A stretch of DNA of 36,925 bases from a virus (taxonomy: Duplodnaviria; Caudoviricetes), in IMG/VR virus record IMGVR_UViG_3300012667_000078, positions 1 to 36,925 of that record. The stretch is one strand, 5' to 3'. Within the stretch, counting starts at the first letter, position 1. Each line of letters opens with the position of its first letter. Below, in pieces: positions 1 through 8,391 of the stretch. The notes under the pieces are model-generated. The model was not told the origin of the DNA. It ran no database searches and worked only from the letters and a program-made list of their open reading frames with translations. A program made the translations under genes and the position numbers.

Positions 1-53
1 ATCTCGAGACTCTTGCGGGTGATCATGTCGATCGTTAAGATGCTGTTTGACAT
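1..53 (-). CDS. Major capsid (P22-like coat) protein, N-terminal fragment running off the window start
   Basis: ATG at 53 reads MSNSILTIDMITRKSLE; AAGGA SD upstream; directly follows the scaffold gene as in P22 (gene 8 then 5). Not in the ORF track. Confidence 0.85.
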   Translation of the reverse strand, partial: MSNSILTIDMITRKSLE

Positions 54-71
54 TTGAAGTCCTTTAAAAAG

Positions 72-857
72 TTAGCGGTTGCGTTGCGCTTCTGCCTTGC
101 GAATCTGACGATTGCGTTCGGCTTCGATCCAATCCGAAGTGTTCATGGTTTTGATCGATCGAGGATCGGTCGTGTCATGACTCGGACTTCCCGAAGACCG
201 CGCAGTCACCGGACTAATAGGTGTTGGCGCAGAGGTTGTCTTTTTGACCGGTGGATTATCTGACAGTTTTGCCTCGATCCGACCAATCTCTTTCGCTTGC
301 ATGAGCGGCGACAAATTGGCAATGCGTTCAGCTTCCTTGGGGTTCGAACCCAGCCAGTAGGCTAGATCAGGACCGGCTTCGGAAGATTGAATTGCTTCGG
401 CCATGGAATTCGTGATTCGTAGCTTGGGGTTGTAGACCACTTCTTCGAAGTCATCGTACTTGTCCCGAGCCTTTTCTTCAGCTTCACCATAGGCTTCGAC
501 AATCTGAGCCTGCTGCTTTTGGACTTCACGTTGAGCCAACAATTCTTCGGCCTTGCGTAGAGCCAATGCTTCAGCATAGGCGTCAGGGCTTTCAAAATTG
601 TCAATCGACGGGACTTCTTTTGGAGCAGCTTGCACGGTTTGCCGTGCGGCTTGTTCGCGTTCCCACTTGCGCTGTTCTCTTGCGAGGCGCTTACCAATAG
701 CAGCATCAAGTTCCTCTTGCGTGAATGTTTTCGACGCAGGGGTCTCAGTCTGGTTATCAGTTACTTCCGGCGAATTTGCTACAACTTCAGGGGCAGCCGT
801 TGCTTCCTGTGCTGGCGCGGAGTCTACTTCCGCTAGGTTTTGGACTTCATCAGTCAT
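72..857 (-). CDS. Capsid scaffolding protein (P22 gp8-like)
   Basis: Acidic disordered N-terminus, helical coiled-coil body, basic C-terminal helix (DWIEAERNRQIRK); immediately upstream of coat. Confidence 0.8.
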   Translation of the reverse strand: MTDEVQNLAEVDSAPAQEATAAPEVVANSPEVTDNQTETPASKTFTQEELDAAIGKRLAREQRKWEREQAARQTVQAAPKEVPSIDNFESPDAYAEALALRKAEELLAQREVQKQQAQIVEAYGEAEEKARDKYDDFEEVVYNPKLRITNSMAEAIQSSEAGPDLAYWLGSNPKEAERIANLSPLMQAKEIGRIEAKLSDNPPVKKTTSAPTPISPVTARSSGSPSHDTTDPRSIKTMNTSDWIEAERNRQIRKAEAQRNR

Positions 858-862
858 TTCTT

Positions 863-894
863 GAATCCTTGGATTCCCCGGTGAACCTCACCGG
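863..894 (-). promoter_or_regulatory. Two tandem hairpins in the scaffold leader, the second covering the SD
   Basis: Minus strand CCGGTGA-GGT-TCACCGG then GAATCC-AA-GGATTC, ending 5 nt before the ATG. Confidence 0.55.
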
Positions 895-906
895 TAAGGT
901 TGTTGA

Positions 907-1386
907 TTACAGCATTCGAGTAATGACGCGCTGACCTGCCGTAAGGCCGGTTGCAAACGTAATGCTCGTTGTGCTGGTCTCAGTATAGTCTACGTTGAAC
1001 TCTTGTACGAGTCCATCGACAATTACCATCAGGTATCCACCAAGGCCGTAAGTCGGCACGGTGAACAGGGTTTGTCCGGCTGTCGCAACAGTTGGTGAAC
1101 TTTGAACGCCTTGGATCGTGTTGACACCATCGGCAGTCCAGATCAGGTTGTCCAGTGAGTCCTTGAGCACCAAGGTGTAGCGAGATGGACCAAACCACAC
1201 GCTTGCCTCACCACGCGAATCAAGAATGATCGGATTGGCGTTTACTGTATTACCTGTGCTGTCAGTATAGGTGGCCGCTGGCACGGTTGTGCCGCTGTCA
1301 TAGGTGTACAGCTTGCCGCCGACAAGAGGTACGCCCGCAGCAGTAAAAAACTGCATTTTGGGCGATGGACTAAGTGTGACAATCAT
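907..1386 (-). CDS. Short tailspike anchor/adaptor protein (head-binding-like N-terminal domain plus one small beta domain)
   Basis: QFFTAAGVPLVGGKLYTY..GTT.PAATYTD...NANPIILDSRGEASVW resembles podophage tailspike N-termini; ends after 159 aa. Confidence 0.7.
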   Translation of the reverse strand: MIVTLSPSPKMQFFTAAGVPLVGGKLYTYDSGTTVPAATYTDSTGNTVNANPIILDSRGEASVWFGPSRYTLVLKDSLDNLIWTADGVNTIQGVQSSPTVATAGQTLFTVPTYGLGGYLMVIVDGLVQEFNVDYTETSTTSITFATGLTAGQRVITRML

Positions 1387-1637
1387 GCTTTTTCCAGTTC
1401 TTTAATGGACTCGGTAATGACCGCCGTCGATGTTTCACGATCTATTGTCAAAAACCCTTTGCAAACAATATTGTAGTCAACACCGTTTGCATCTTTCTCA
1501 CTTTTAACAGGCGCTGTAATGTTCAAATTTTTGAACAAGAATTCTTTGTCGTTTTCGAATACGCGCCAAACATGGTCTATTGTGCCACGCCCCTCTTGAC
1601 CACGCGTTTTGTTAAATCGAATGTGGTAGGTGTTCAT
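1383..1637 (-). CDS. Hypothetical protein (84 aa)
   Basis: ATGA overlaps with both neighbours. Confidence 0.75.
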   Translation of the reverse strand: MNTYHIRFNKTRGQEGRGTIDHVWRVFENDKEFLFKNLNITAPVKSEKDANGVDYNIVCKGFLTIDRETSTAVITESIKELEKA

Positions 1638-2344
1638 ATAACTTCAGCCGCAGGTGTTGGGCAAGTGGCTGCCATTTGAACAGCTAAGTTGAAATGAACA
1701 AATTTAATTGGCAAATCAGCAGCATGACGTGTAAATGAATGGGCAAGCCACGAGTTAGCAAAAATCATCATACCGGGCTTTGGCTCGAAATTGATCATTT
1801 TGCTGGCAGGGGTCGCTAGGCTTCGATCTTGCTCTGGCAAATCAATTTGCACTTTAGCTGCACGAGGGTCATGAAATACGACACGGGACCCGTTTTCTGG
1901 TGTCTCAAGAAAGTAAAAGCCAACAATTTGCGATCCAAACCCATGTACATGTGCATCCATTGCGGAGTGCTTGTGATGCTCTTGCGTCCACATTTCCATA
2001 AATGTGACCACCTTGTCTTGCATGGCGTAGCCCTGCTCATTGAGGATGTTCCAAGCAGTCGCACCGACAAACTCAGAAAACTTAGCCATACGAGGGTCAG
2101 CGTAGTAGTTGCCGCTCATGTAGACAGGGTAAATGTCGTCAAGTTCGCGTTCTTTACGAGAAACATCCAATGCTTCTTCAGAAACCGTGTTGACAACATC
2201 CAAAAAATCAGGGCGCTGAATCAAATAAATTGGACACGGAAAATGGTGTGCAATTTCAAGCTGCGTGTTTTGAACAACTTCGGCCACTGACTCAGCGGCT
2301 TTGCACACTTGTTTCTTTGCTTTCTTTTTGGTAGTTGTAGCCAT
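1634..2344 (-). CDS. Putative 2OG-Fe(II) oxygenase (TIGR02466-like)
   Basis: HxH motif (AHVHG), GFYFL, FHDPR, and P.PGMMIFANSWLAH with the distal His; double-stranded beta-helix pattern. Confidence 0.8.
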   Translation of the reverse strand: MATTTKKKAKKQVCKAAESVAEVVQNTQLEIAHHFPCPIYLIQRPDFLDVVNTVSEEALDVSRKERELDDIYPVYMSGNYYADPRMAKFSEFVGATAWNILNEQGYAMQDKVVTFMEMWTQEHHKHSAMDAHVHGFGSQIVGFYFLETPENGSRVVFHDPRAAKVQIDLPEQDRSLATPASKMINFEPKPGMMIFANSWLAHSFTRHAADLPIKFVHFNLAVQMAATCPTPAAEVI

Positions 2345-2378
2345 GATTTTCTCTTAGTTGATTGGGCTACTAGTGTAA

Positions 2379-2858
2379 TCAGGCAGCAACCCAATCCCAA
2401 GCAAAGAAATCAAATTTGTATTGACCTCCGTCAACAGGATACGCTGGCGCTTGTTTCCAATCATTGTCCGCACCGCACCAAAACACGATAGTGCCTTCAA
2501 CTGGATCAGGGCGAGGAGTTGGGGGTACCATTTTGCAAATGGCTTCATCAAAAACCCATGCTGACCAATTCGAGGCGTATTCACGGGCATTAAATGCATC
2601 ACGAACAGCTTGCTGCTTTGCGGCTTTTTCTTGCGTTGTCATCTCACGAATTGCCCACACGTCCGTCCAAACACCATCCACTTTTTCATATGTGGGTGTA
2701 TCAGAATCCATAATTTGGTAAACGCTTGGAGTTGGGTGCTCAACACGCACAAATTCTTCCCAGCCCGAAGGGACTGACCCAAACGCTTGAATCAAATTAT
2801 CTTCAAGTGCGGGATGATTGATAGGAAGGTCATTTTCAACTTGGATGTAAAGTTTCAT
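2379..2858 (-). CDS. Putative tail-fibre assembly/chaperone-like protein
   Basis: Trp/Pro-rich (WTDVWAIREMT, SAWVFDEAICKMVPPTPRP); directly downstream of a Gly-rich fibre gene. Confidence 0.55.
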   Translation of the reverse strand: MKLYIQVENDLPINHPALEDNLIQAFGSVPSGWEEFVRVEHPTPSVYQIMDSDTPTYEKVDGVWTDVWAIREMTTQEKAAKQQAVRDAFNAREYASNWSAWVFDEAICKMVPPTPRPDPVEGTIVFWCGADNDWKQAPAYPVDGGQYKFDFFAWDWVAA

Positions 2859-2870
2859 GTTGTTTCCTAC

Positions 2871-3641
2871 TTACAGGTCGCCCGTATTGGTTGAGGGGAA
2901 TGAACGGCTAGATGCGGGCCAAATAATTCGAACCGCACCTACGCCGCCTGTTCCTGTGCTCCCACTTGAGCCGTTACCTAAACCACCACCATACGCGCCG
3001 CCTGCTTTACCGCCGCTATTAGTGGAAGTTCCATTTGCGCCTCCAGAACCGCCGCCGCCGCCGCCCGCAGTAATGCCTCCTGATCTAACACCGCCAGCAC
3101 CGCTTGATCCTTCTCCAAGAATGCCTACGCCGCCGCCGCCGCCGCCATACCAACCACAGCATCCACCAACGGTGCCAATCGTAGCGCCGCCGCCGCCGCC
3201 GCCGCCAGAACCAGCGGTGCCGTTAGAGTTATTACCGCCGCCGTTGCCGCCGTTGCCAGAATATCCACCTGCACCAGCACCACCGCCGTTTCCAGATGCT
3301 GTTCCGCTACAACCGCCACCATCACCATACTGTGTAGTTGATTGACCCGCACCTTTTGCCAATAGTGTTGTTGTGTTTACAAAATAACTGTTGTTTCCAT
3401 TTGAGCCAGTACCTGCGGCTCCAACAACAACTGTGTAAGAACTCCCAGGTGTTGTAGAAATGTTATTTTTGTATCTCAAAGCACCTGCGCCAACTTCGGC
3501 ACCGCTACCAACTGCGACTGCTGAAACAGAAGTTACGCCGGTTGGAGCAACCCAAGAATATGTGCCCGCTGTTGTGTATGCTTGCTGACTGGGCACTACA
3601 CTGCTAGAGGTAGCAGATATAAGCATCATGATCCCGCTCAT
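2871..3641 (-). CDS. Glycine-rich domain virion/fibre protein
   Basis: YTTAGTYSWVAPTGVTSVSAVAVG start, poly-Gly tracts, G.GAVRIIW end. Start moved to 3641 for the ATGA overlap with the upstream stop. Confidence 0.75.
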   Translation of the reverse strand: MSGIMMLISATSSSVVPSQQAYTTAGTYSWVAPTGVTSVSAVAVGSGAEVGAGALRYKNNISTTPGSSYTVVVGAAGTGSNGNNSYFVNTTTLLAKGAGQSTTQYGDGGGCSGTASGNGGGAGAGGYSGNGGNGGGNNSNGTAGSGGGGGGGATIGTVGGCCGWYGGGGGGVGILGEGSSGAGGVRSGGITAGGGGGGSGGANGTSTNSGGKAGGAYGGGLGNGSSGSTGTGGVGAVRIIWPASSRSFPSTNTGDL

Positions 3642-4288
3642 GCTAAGTTTCCTGAAATTACGCAAACAGTACCACTGATGAACAAAATTGTCGCAACACC
3701 TCGCGTTTGCAAGGTCACAGTGGCTTGATCTGAATCAGTGCCTGCTTTGTAAGCAGTTGTAATCGTACAGGTGACGGTAATTGAGCCAGTTGTGTTGTTG
3801 AACAACGATATGGCATCGCCAGCCGAAAATGTGGCGTTGGGGATTGTGATCGAACCACCGCTACCAATTTCAATAAATTGGCCCACATCAGTTGTTGCTA
3901 ATGCGTAGCTGGTTGTCTTGGCCGAGCCAGACTGAGGAATTGCACGAACCTTACCGTAAGCATCCGTGTAAGTTTTACCTGTCGTTACAACCCCGCTACC
4001 TTTTGGGGTAATGGTCACATCGATGTTTGTGTCAGTACCATCAGCGGCCAATGTAGTGCCAGCCAAGGTCACACCGGCTGCGGCCACGTTGGTATCAAAA
4101 GTCGTGCCGTTGACTGTTGTAGCGGTAACCGTAGTCGCTGTCAGACTTGTTGCCGATACAGCTTTACCAGTAGTCAAGTTATCAACCGACACTTGAACAG
4201 TGCTGCCCGATTGAACGATTGGCAGGACTTCGGAGCCTGCAAGCGGGGTCGTTGCTGCGGGCAACTGAGAAATTTTTAAGTCAGCCAT
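3638..4288 (-). CDS. Fibre/spike protein with MADLKISQLP N-terminus
   Basis: Thr/Ala/Gly-rich beta composition; KISQL-type N-terminus seen in phage fibre proteins; GGAG SD upstream. Confidence 0.7.
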   Translation of the reverse strand: MADLKISQLPAATTPLAGSEVLPIVQSGSTVQVSVDNLTTGKAVSATSLTATTVTATTVNGTTFDTNVAAAGVTLAGTTLAADGTDTNIDVTITPKGSGVVTTGKTYTDAYGKVRAIPQSGSAKTTSYALATTDVGQFIEIGSGGSITIPNATFSAGDAISLFNNTTGSITVTCTITTAYKAGTDSDQATVTLQTRGVATILFISGTVCVISGNLA

Positions 4289-4292
4289 TTAA

Positions 4293-4457
4293 TCACTCCA
4301 AAAGGATGTAGTCGCCATTTTCTTGAACAAGGTTCGCTCCAGATTCAGTCAGCAGATTATCCACTGTCAAGCTGTTGTCAATCGTGCCCGAAAAAAGCGT
4401 GGCGATGCCGCCAAGCCCGATTGATACGGCATTTCTGAGAGCGACCCCGAAACTCAT
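4293..4457 (-). CDS. Small virion protein (54 aa) ending in LLTESGANLVQENGDYILLE
   Basis: ATG at 4457 overlaps the upstream stop (ATGA); its last codons supply the SD of the next gene. Confidence 0.7.
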   Translation of the reverse strand: MSFGVALRNAVSIGLGGIATLFSGTIDNSLTVDNLLTESGANLVQENGDYILLE

Positions 4458-4756
4458 TGAATATTTACCGGTTTGCAGTAAATCGATCCACCTGCTGCGA
4501 CTTGGATCGCGCTCACGCGCCAAGGAGCACCAGTGCCACCGGGCACTTTGAAAGGAATTGGTGTGAATGCGGGAATCGGTGTGCTTGCCGTGGTAGCTGT
4601 AACACCTTCACCCACTACAACGTAGCAGGGAGTGGTTGCCCAGATCACGACACCTTGAGGACCGGCATTCCATGTGCCAGTAGAGCCTGCTGTGCCAGTG
4701 TAGGCAACAGTTGCAGCGGGGAATCCCACATCGGCTAGAGGATTTAAAAGTTCCAT
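4454..4756 (-). CDS. Putative small beta-sandwich virion/head decoration protein
   Basis: AAGGAG SD; 100 aa, Thr/Gly/Val-rich; within structural operon. Confidence 0.65.
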   Translation of the reverse strand: MELLNPLADVGFPAATVAYTGTAGSTGTWNAGPQGVVIWATTPCYVVVGEGVTATTASTPIPAFTPIPFKVPGGTGAPWRVSAIQVAAGGSIYCKPVNIQ

Positions 4757-4775
4757 ACAGGCTCCTTATGCCTTA

Positions 4776-4805
4776 AATATACCATTACTTGCGATTATTG
4801 CACAA
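4776..4805 (-). promoter_or_regulatory. Candidate sigma70 promoter for the fibre cluster
   Basis: TTGTGC-18 nt-TATATT with extended -10 TG, in an AT-rich 50-nt gap. Confidence 0.4.
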
Positions 4806-4807
4806 GG

Positions 4808-5560
4808 TCACGGCGTTTCATTTTTCATCAAAATTCCACTCAAGTTGACCACCACCGAACTGGAGGTGTCGCTTGTTGTGGCGAAATCAAAAATGTCTGT
4901 TCTTTGAGGAATCGCAACAGGTGGTGTGTACGGGTAGTGTTGAAACCCGCTGACCGCAATGATGCCAGCGTTCAAATATCGAACACCGTTAGATTGCGAA
5001 TAGTAGTTCACGGTCACTTGTTTGTTTGAGTTCACCGTGAATGACGACAAACTACCACCTTGGAGCAGCAACGTGTACCCAGCGGGCACGGTGTAGACCG
5101 CAGTGTGCGACAAATTGTCACCAGCGTAGATGAAGTTGTAGACGTTGGCGGGGACGCCCGCAGTCACAGTGCCTGTACCGATGTAGATGTTGCCCACGGC
5201 CCCATCAGCAATCACGATCAGGTCGTTGATCCGCTTGTACGAGCGCACGGTGCTCACACCAGTTTGACCATTCAGCGCAACGACCTCAGAGATTTCGTTG
5301 TAGTTCGTATCCAAACCCTGCACTAACACCGTTTGAGCGGTGTCCGAGGCGCTTGAACTGGAAACAGTCATTGTGCTGGCAGATGCGGGAAACGTGTAGC
5401 TACGCGCCAAATTCCACACCATGTAGGTGTTTGGTGACGCCAGCACATTTGAGTATGCTGATCTGAAAATTGAGCGGGCGTTTGGGATCACTCCCGCAGC
5501 CACCTGAATTTCGTAAGGCTCGGTCTTGCCAAAGTGGGACTGGGGGATGATTTGGCTCAT
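4808..5560 (-). CDS. Putative structural beta-rich protein (250 aa)
   Basis: Ser/Thr/Val-rich; ATGA coupled to the upstream gene; late operon. Confidence 0.65.
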   Translation of the reverse strand: MSQIIPQSHFGKTEPYEIQVAAGVIPNARSIFRSAYSNVLASPNTYMVWNLARSYTFPASASTMTVSSSSASDTAQTVLVQGLDTNYNEISEVVALNGQTGVSTVRSYKRINDLIVIADGAVGNIYIGTGTVTAGVPANVYNFIYAGDNLSHTAVYTVPAGYTLLLQGGSLSSFTVNSNKQVTVNYYSQSNGVRYLNAGIIAVSGFQHYPYTPPVAIPQRTDIFDFATTSDTSSSVVVNLSGILMKNETP

Positions 5561-5928
5561 GCTAAGAACTTCAGTTTGTAGAGGGTGCTCAGATACAACT
5601 CAATGATCCCGTCGATTAAATTTTGAAGTGCTGAGTCGGTTTTGTCAATGAACTCGTAGCGCATCTTTTCGATGTCGGCCAGTGATGTTTCAAGGAATTC
5701 GATGATGTTGGTGGTCTTCTTGGCCGACATCAAAGAGATCGGGCCAATCAGGCCATGACGGCCTTGGTAGGCTTCAGCAAACCCGTCGGCCAGCTCGATC
5801 ACTTCATCATAGAACGTGTTGAGTGCCATGTGCTTGGAGAAGCTGCGGGTGTTGAGATGGACGCTGTGCGCCACATCTCGGGCCAAGAACAATTCGCCTA
5901 TAAAGTCGGCACATTTGCATTTACTCAT
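5557..5928 (-). CDS. Ferritin/Dps-like four-helix bundle protein (DUF5856-like)
   Basis: HLNTRSFSKHMALNTFYDE...ADGFAEAYQG and terminal TLYKLKFL parallel the Dps H..H..D...E ligand spacing. Confidence 0.7.
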   Translation of the reverse strand: MSKCKCADFIGELFLARDVAHSVHLNTRSFSKHMALNTFYDEVIELADGFAEAYQGRHGLIGPISLMSAKKTTNIIEFLETSLADIEKMRYEFIDKTDSALQNLIDGIIELYLSTLYKLKFLA

Positions 5929-8153
5929 ACCGGCGCTCCCATCATTGGTGCTTGCGGTGGCATTTCACCACCCATCATTGGAGGTTGTTGAGGTGGCATA
6001 CCGCCCATCTCACCCATGTTCTCTTGTGGGGTCTCACGGCCCGGCATTTCGCCAACCATGTCACCGCTGGTGATCATGCCGTGGATTGTGCCCAGCACAA
6101 TGTCTTGGATTTGCTCGGGCGACATGCTGGCCTGAACAGCAGAGATGCGCTGTGTTTCGGCACCATACGCCTTGATCATGGCTTCAAACTCTTTGATCTC
6201 GTTGGTACGGGCGATCTCTGAATTCTGCACGTTGTCGAGCATTCCGACCAATTGGTCTATTTGCTGACCCATGGCCTGAATCTGTTGCTCGGCAGCCTGC
6301 AATTCTGGCGGCTTTTGATCGTCGCTGAGAATCTTGGGATCAATTGTCTTCTTGAAGCGGGCAGACATTTCCTGCGCGCCGGGCCAATCCATGTTCTTGA
6401 CGAACAAGTCACCGGCCACTTTCCACAATTCAGGATTGCCTTGCAGCAATTGGCCCATGGCCTCCAATGCCTCTTGGCGCTTGGTAGCGTAGCCGGGACC
6501 AGTGGTTGCCACGACATCGTACTTGCCCACACCGGGGTTGTAGATGGTGTCAATCACAATGCCTTGGGCATCACGCACTTCGCGCATTGGCACGGTTTGC
6601 TCTGGATCGATTTTCGCCATCGATGTCTCGCCATCTTCGCCGATGATTCGGGCGATGCGCTGGGTGTCATAGATTTTGGGGATCAGATCGACCAATTGAC
6701 GGGCAATGTGGCGCACACCACGAGTCAGGTTGTCACCGTAGTGGTATGTGCCCACGTCGCCTTCACGCTGGCGCGCCATGATGGCCTTGCCAGAGCGTTC
6801 GTTGCCGCCTTGACCCAACGATGCGTTGTATTGACCAGTCGTGGACTTGATGTCCTCAGATGCGCCAGCTTTGGCTTGCAGCAAGCCGCTTGAAGCCATT
6901 GGTGGCTGCGCGCGCTGGGGCAATGCCAATGCGTTGCCCTGACCATCGGTCACATCTGGGTTGACTTCCAAATACGGCCAGTTATTTGTGTTGGCCGTCT
7001 TCCATTTGTCTTCGTAGCCTTCAAATTGACCACCGTAGCCGATGAACGGCGCTTTGGGGGCCAAGGCCAACATCTCGGCTTCTTGCGAAACCCAGTAGTT
7101 GTACATGCGCTGGGCATCTTTGGCGTTACGGACCAAGCCGGAGACATACAAGCGACCATCGACTTCAAATTCGTTGCCGACAATGCGAATCACGGGAATC
7201 CATTTACCAGCCCATTCGCGCTGCTCGAGGATTTCGTAGCCGTTGATCTTGCAGTAGCGCACACGGGGGCGATCTGCCAAACGAGAACGCTTGGGCTTGC
7301 CGTAGGCTTCGCGCAAGGACTTGTCCTCGGGTGTGCCCTCAAACGCAGTCGCGTTGCCGGGGTACAAATTGAGCGTTGCTCGGTCGTAGTCGATGTAGTA
7401 ATAGTCTGCGATGCGAATTGTGTCTTCGTTCAGCCAATTGCTGATCGACTGGTCGCCAACGCCCAATGACTGCAAGGTGCTGACCGGCGCTGCATTAGGG
7501 TACATGCGCTCATAATCAGCTTTGGTCACGTCCTCGGTCACAAAGCACCACTTGGCGTCTGCGCCAGTTGGGTCTTGGATCGTTGGGTCCATGTAGACCG
7601 AGAAACTGTTGCGAACACGGCCAATTTTGATGTCTTGGTTGAATGTGTCGTCGTCGCAATACTCGGTCAACAGGCGCAAATAGCCTTCACCGTAGGCAAC
7701 TTGGTTCTCGCAAGCTGTGTCGTAGGCCACGTCAGCATCGGAGATGTACTCGATGTGGCGAATCATGCCGTTGAAGATTTCAGCGACTTTGATGTCAGCC
7801 TTGTCGTCCACGGGAATCACTTTAGCGCCGGGGCGGTTCTGGCGCATGTCGTTTGTGACTTGGCGAACGTGCTGGGGCAGCTTGTTGATGGTCAGTGTGG
7901 GGCGGGCGTTGATCGATTGACCCTGCACCGCGCCACGGGTAGCCAGCACATCGGAGGGCCACTGCCATTGGTTGTCGGGTGAACCGGCGTAGAAACGCAG
8001 GTCGTCAATTTCGTCTTCACGCGACTCTGACAGTGCAGACATCGCCAGATCAAGTCGTGATCGGGCAGTCGATAGAATGTCGGATGCGCTATTCTTGGGC
8101 TTACCGCCCTCGGCCACCGCAGCAGCGGCAACCATTCCTGTTGGGTCACTCAT
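5925..8153 (-). CDS. Portal protein (P22 gp1-like)
   Basis: 742 aa; DLRFYAG..QW, RPTLTINKL, GLVRNAKDAQRMYNYW, NERSGKAIMARQ; C-terminal coiled-coil barrel region. Confidence 0.93.
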   Translation of the reverse strand: MSDPTGMVAAAAVAEGGKPKNSASDILSTARSRLDLAMSALSESREDEIDDLRFYAGSPDNQWQWPSDVLATRGAVQGQSINARPTLTINKLPQHVRQVTNDMRQNRPGAKVIPVDDKADIKVAEIFNGMIRHIEYISDADVAYDTACENQVAYGEGYLRLLTEYCDDDTFNQDIKIGRVRNSFSVYMDPTIQDPTGADAKWCFVTEDVTKADYERMYPNAAPVSTLQSLGVGDQSISNWLNEDTIRIADYYYIDYDRATLNLYPGNATAFEGTPEDKSLREAYGKPKRSRLADRPRVRYCKINGYEILEQREWAGKWIPVIRIVGNEFEVDGRLYVSGLVRNAKDAQRMYNYWVSQEAEMLALAPKAPFIGYGGQFEGYEDKWKTANTNNWPYLEVNPDVTDGQGNALALPQRAQPPMASSGLLQAKAGASEDIKSTTGQYNASLGQGGNERSGKAIMARQREGDVGTYHYGDNLTRGVRHIARQLVDLIPKIYDTQRIARIIGEDGETSMAKIDPEQTVPMREVRDAQGIVIDTIYNPGVGKYDVVATTGPGYATKRQEALEAMGQLLQGNPELWKVAGDLFVKNMDWPGAQEMSARFKKTIDPKILSDDQKPPELQAAEQQIQAMGQQIDQLVGMLDNVQNSEIARTNEIKEFEAMIKAYGAETQRISAVQASMSPEQIQDIVLGTIHGMITSGDMVGEMPGRETPQENMGEMGGMPPQQPPMMGGEMPPQAPMMGAPV

Positions 8154-8391
8154 GTTCCAAGACTCCTAAGATGTGGGGTTCGCGCATGACGATGTATTCT
8201 TTACCGTCGTGCTTAAATTCTTGACCCACGCCAAAGTATACGTTGTCACCCACCTTCACGTCCACACAATCTGGACCAATTGCGATCACAATCCCGGTTT
8301 CGCACTTGTCGCCGGGTGGAATGATGAACAATTCGTGCTTTTCAACATCGGGTTCGATGATGACACAATTTTGATTTGCCTTGAGACTCAT
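8146..8391 (-). CDS. groES: GroES-like co-chaperonin
   Basis: GIVIAIGP...VKVGDNVYF...DGKEYIVMREPHILGVLE matches the Cpn10 signature. Confidence 0.85.
   Translation of the reverse strand: MSLKANQNCVIIEPDVEKHELFIIPPGDKCETGIVIAIGPDCVDVKVGDNVYFGVGQEFKHDGKEYIVMREPHILGVLEHE

Noticed and set aside
2857-3345. Poly-Pro plus-strand ORF and (GCC)n tracts
   Set aside because: Antisense shadow of GGC poly-Gly codons in the Gly-rich gene; in-frame triplets, not a phase-variation tract.
2871-5560. Diversity-generating retroelement or invertible fibre cassette
   Set aside because: No reverse transcriptase, recombinase, template/variable repeat pair or flanking inverted repeats seen by eye.
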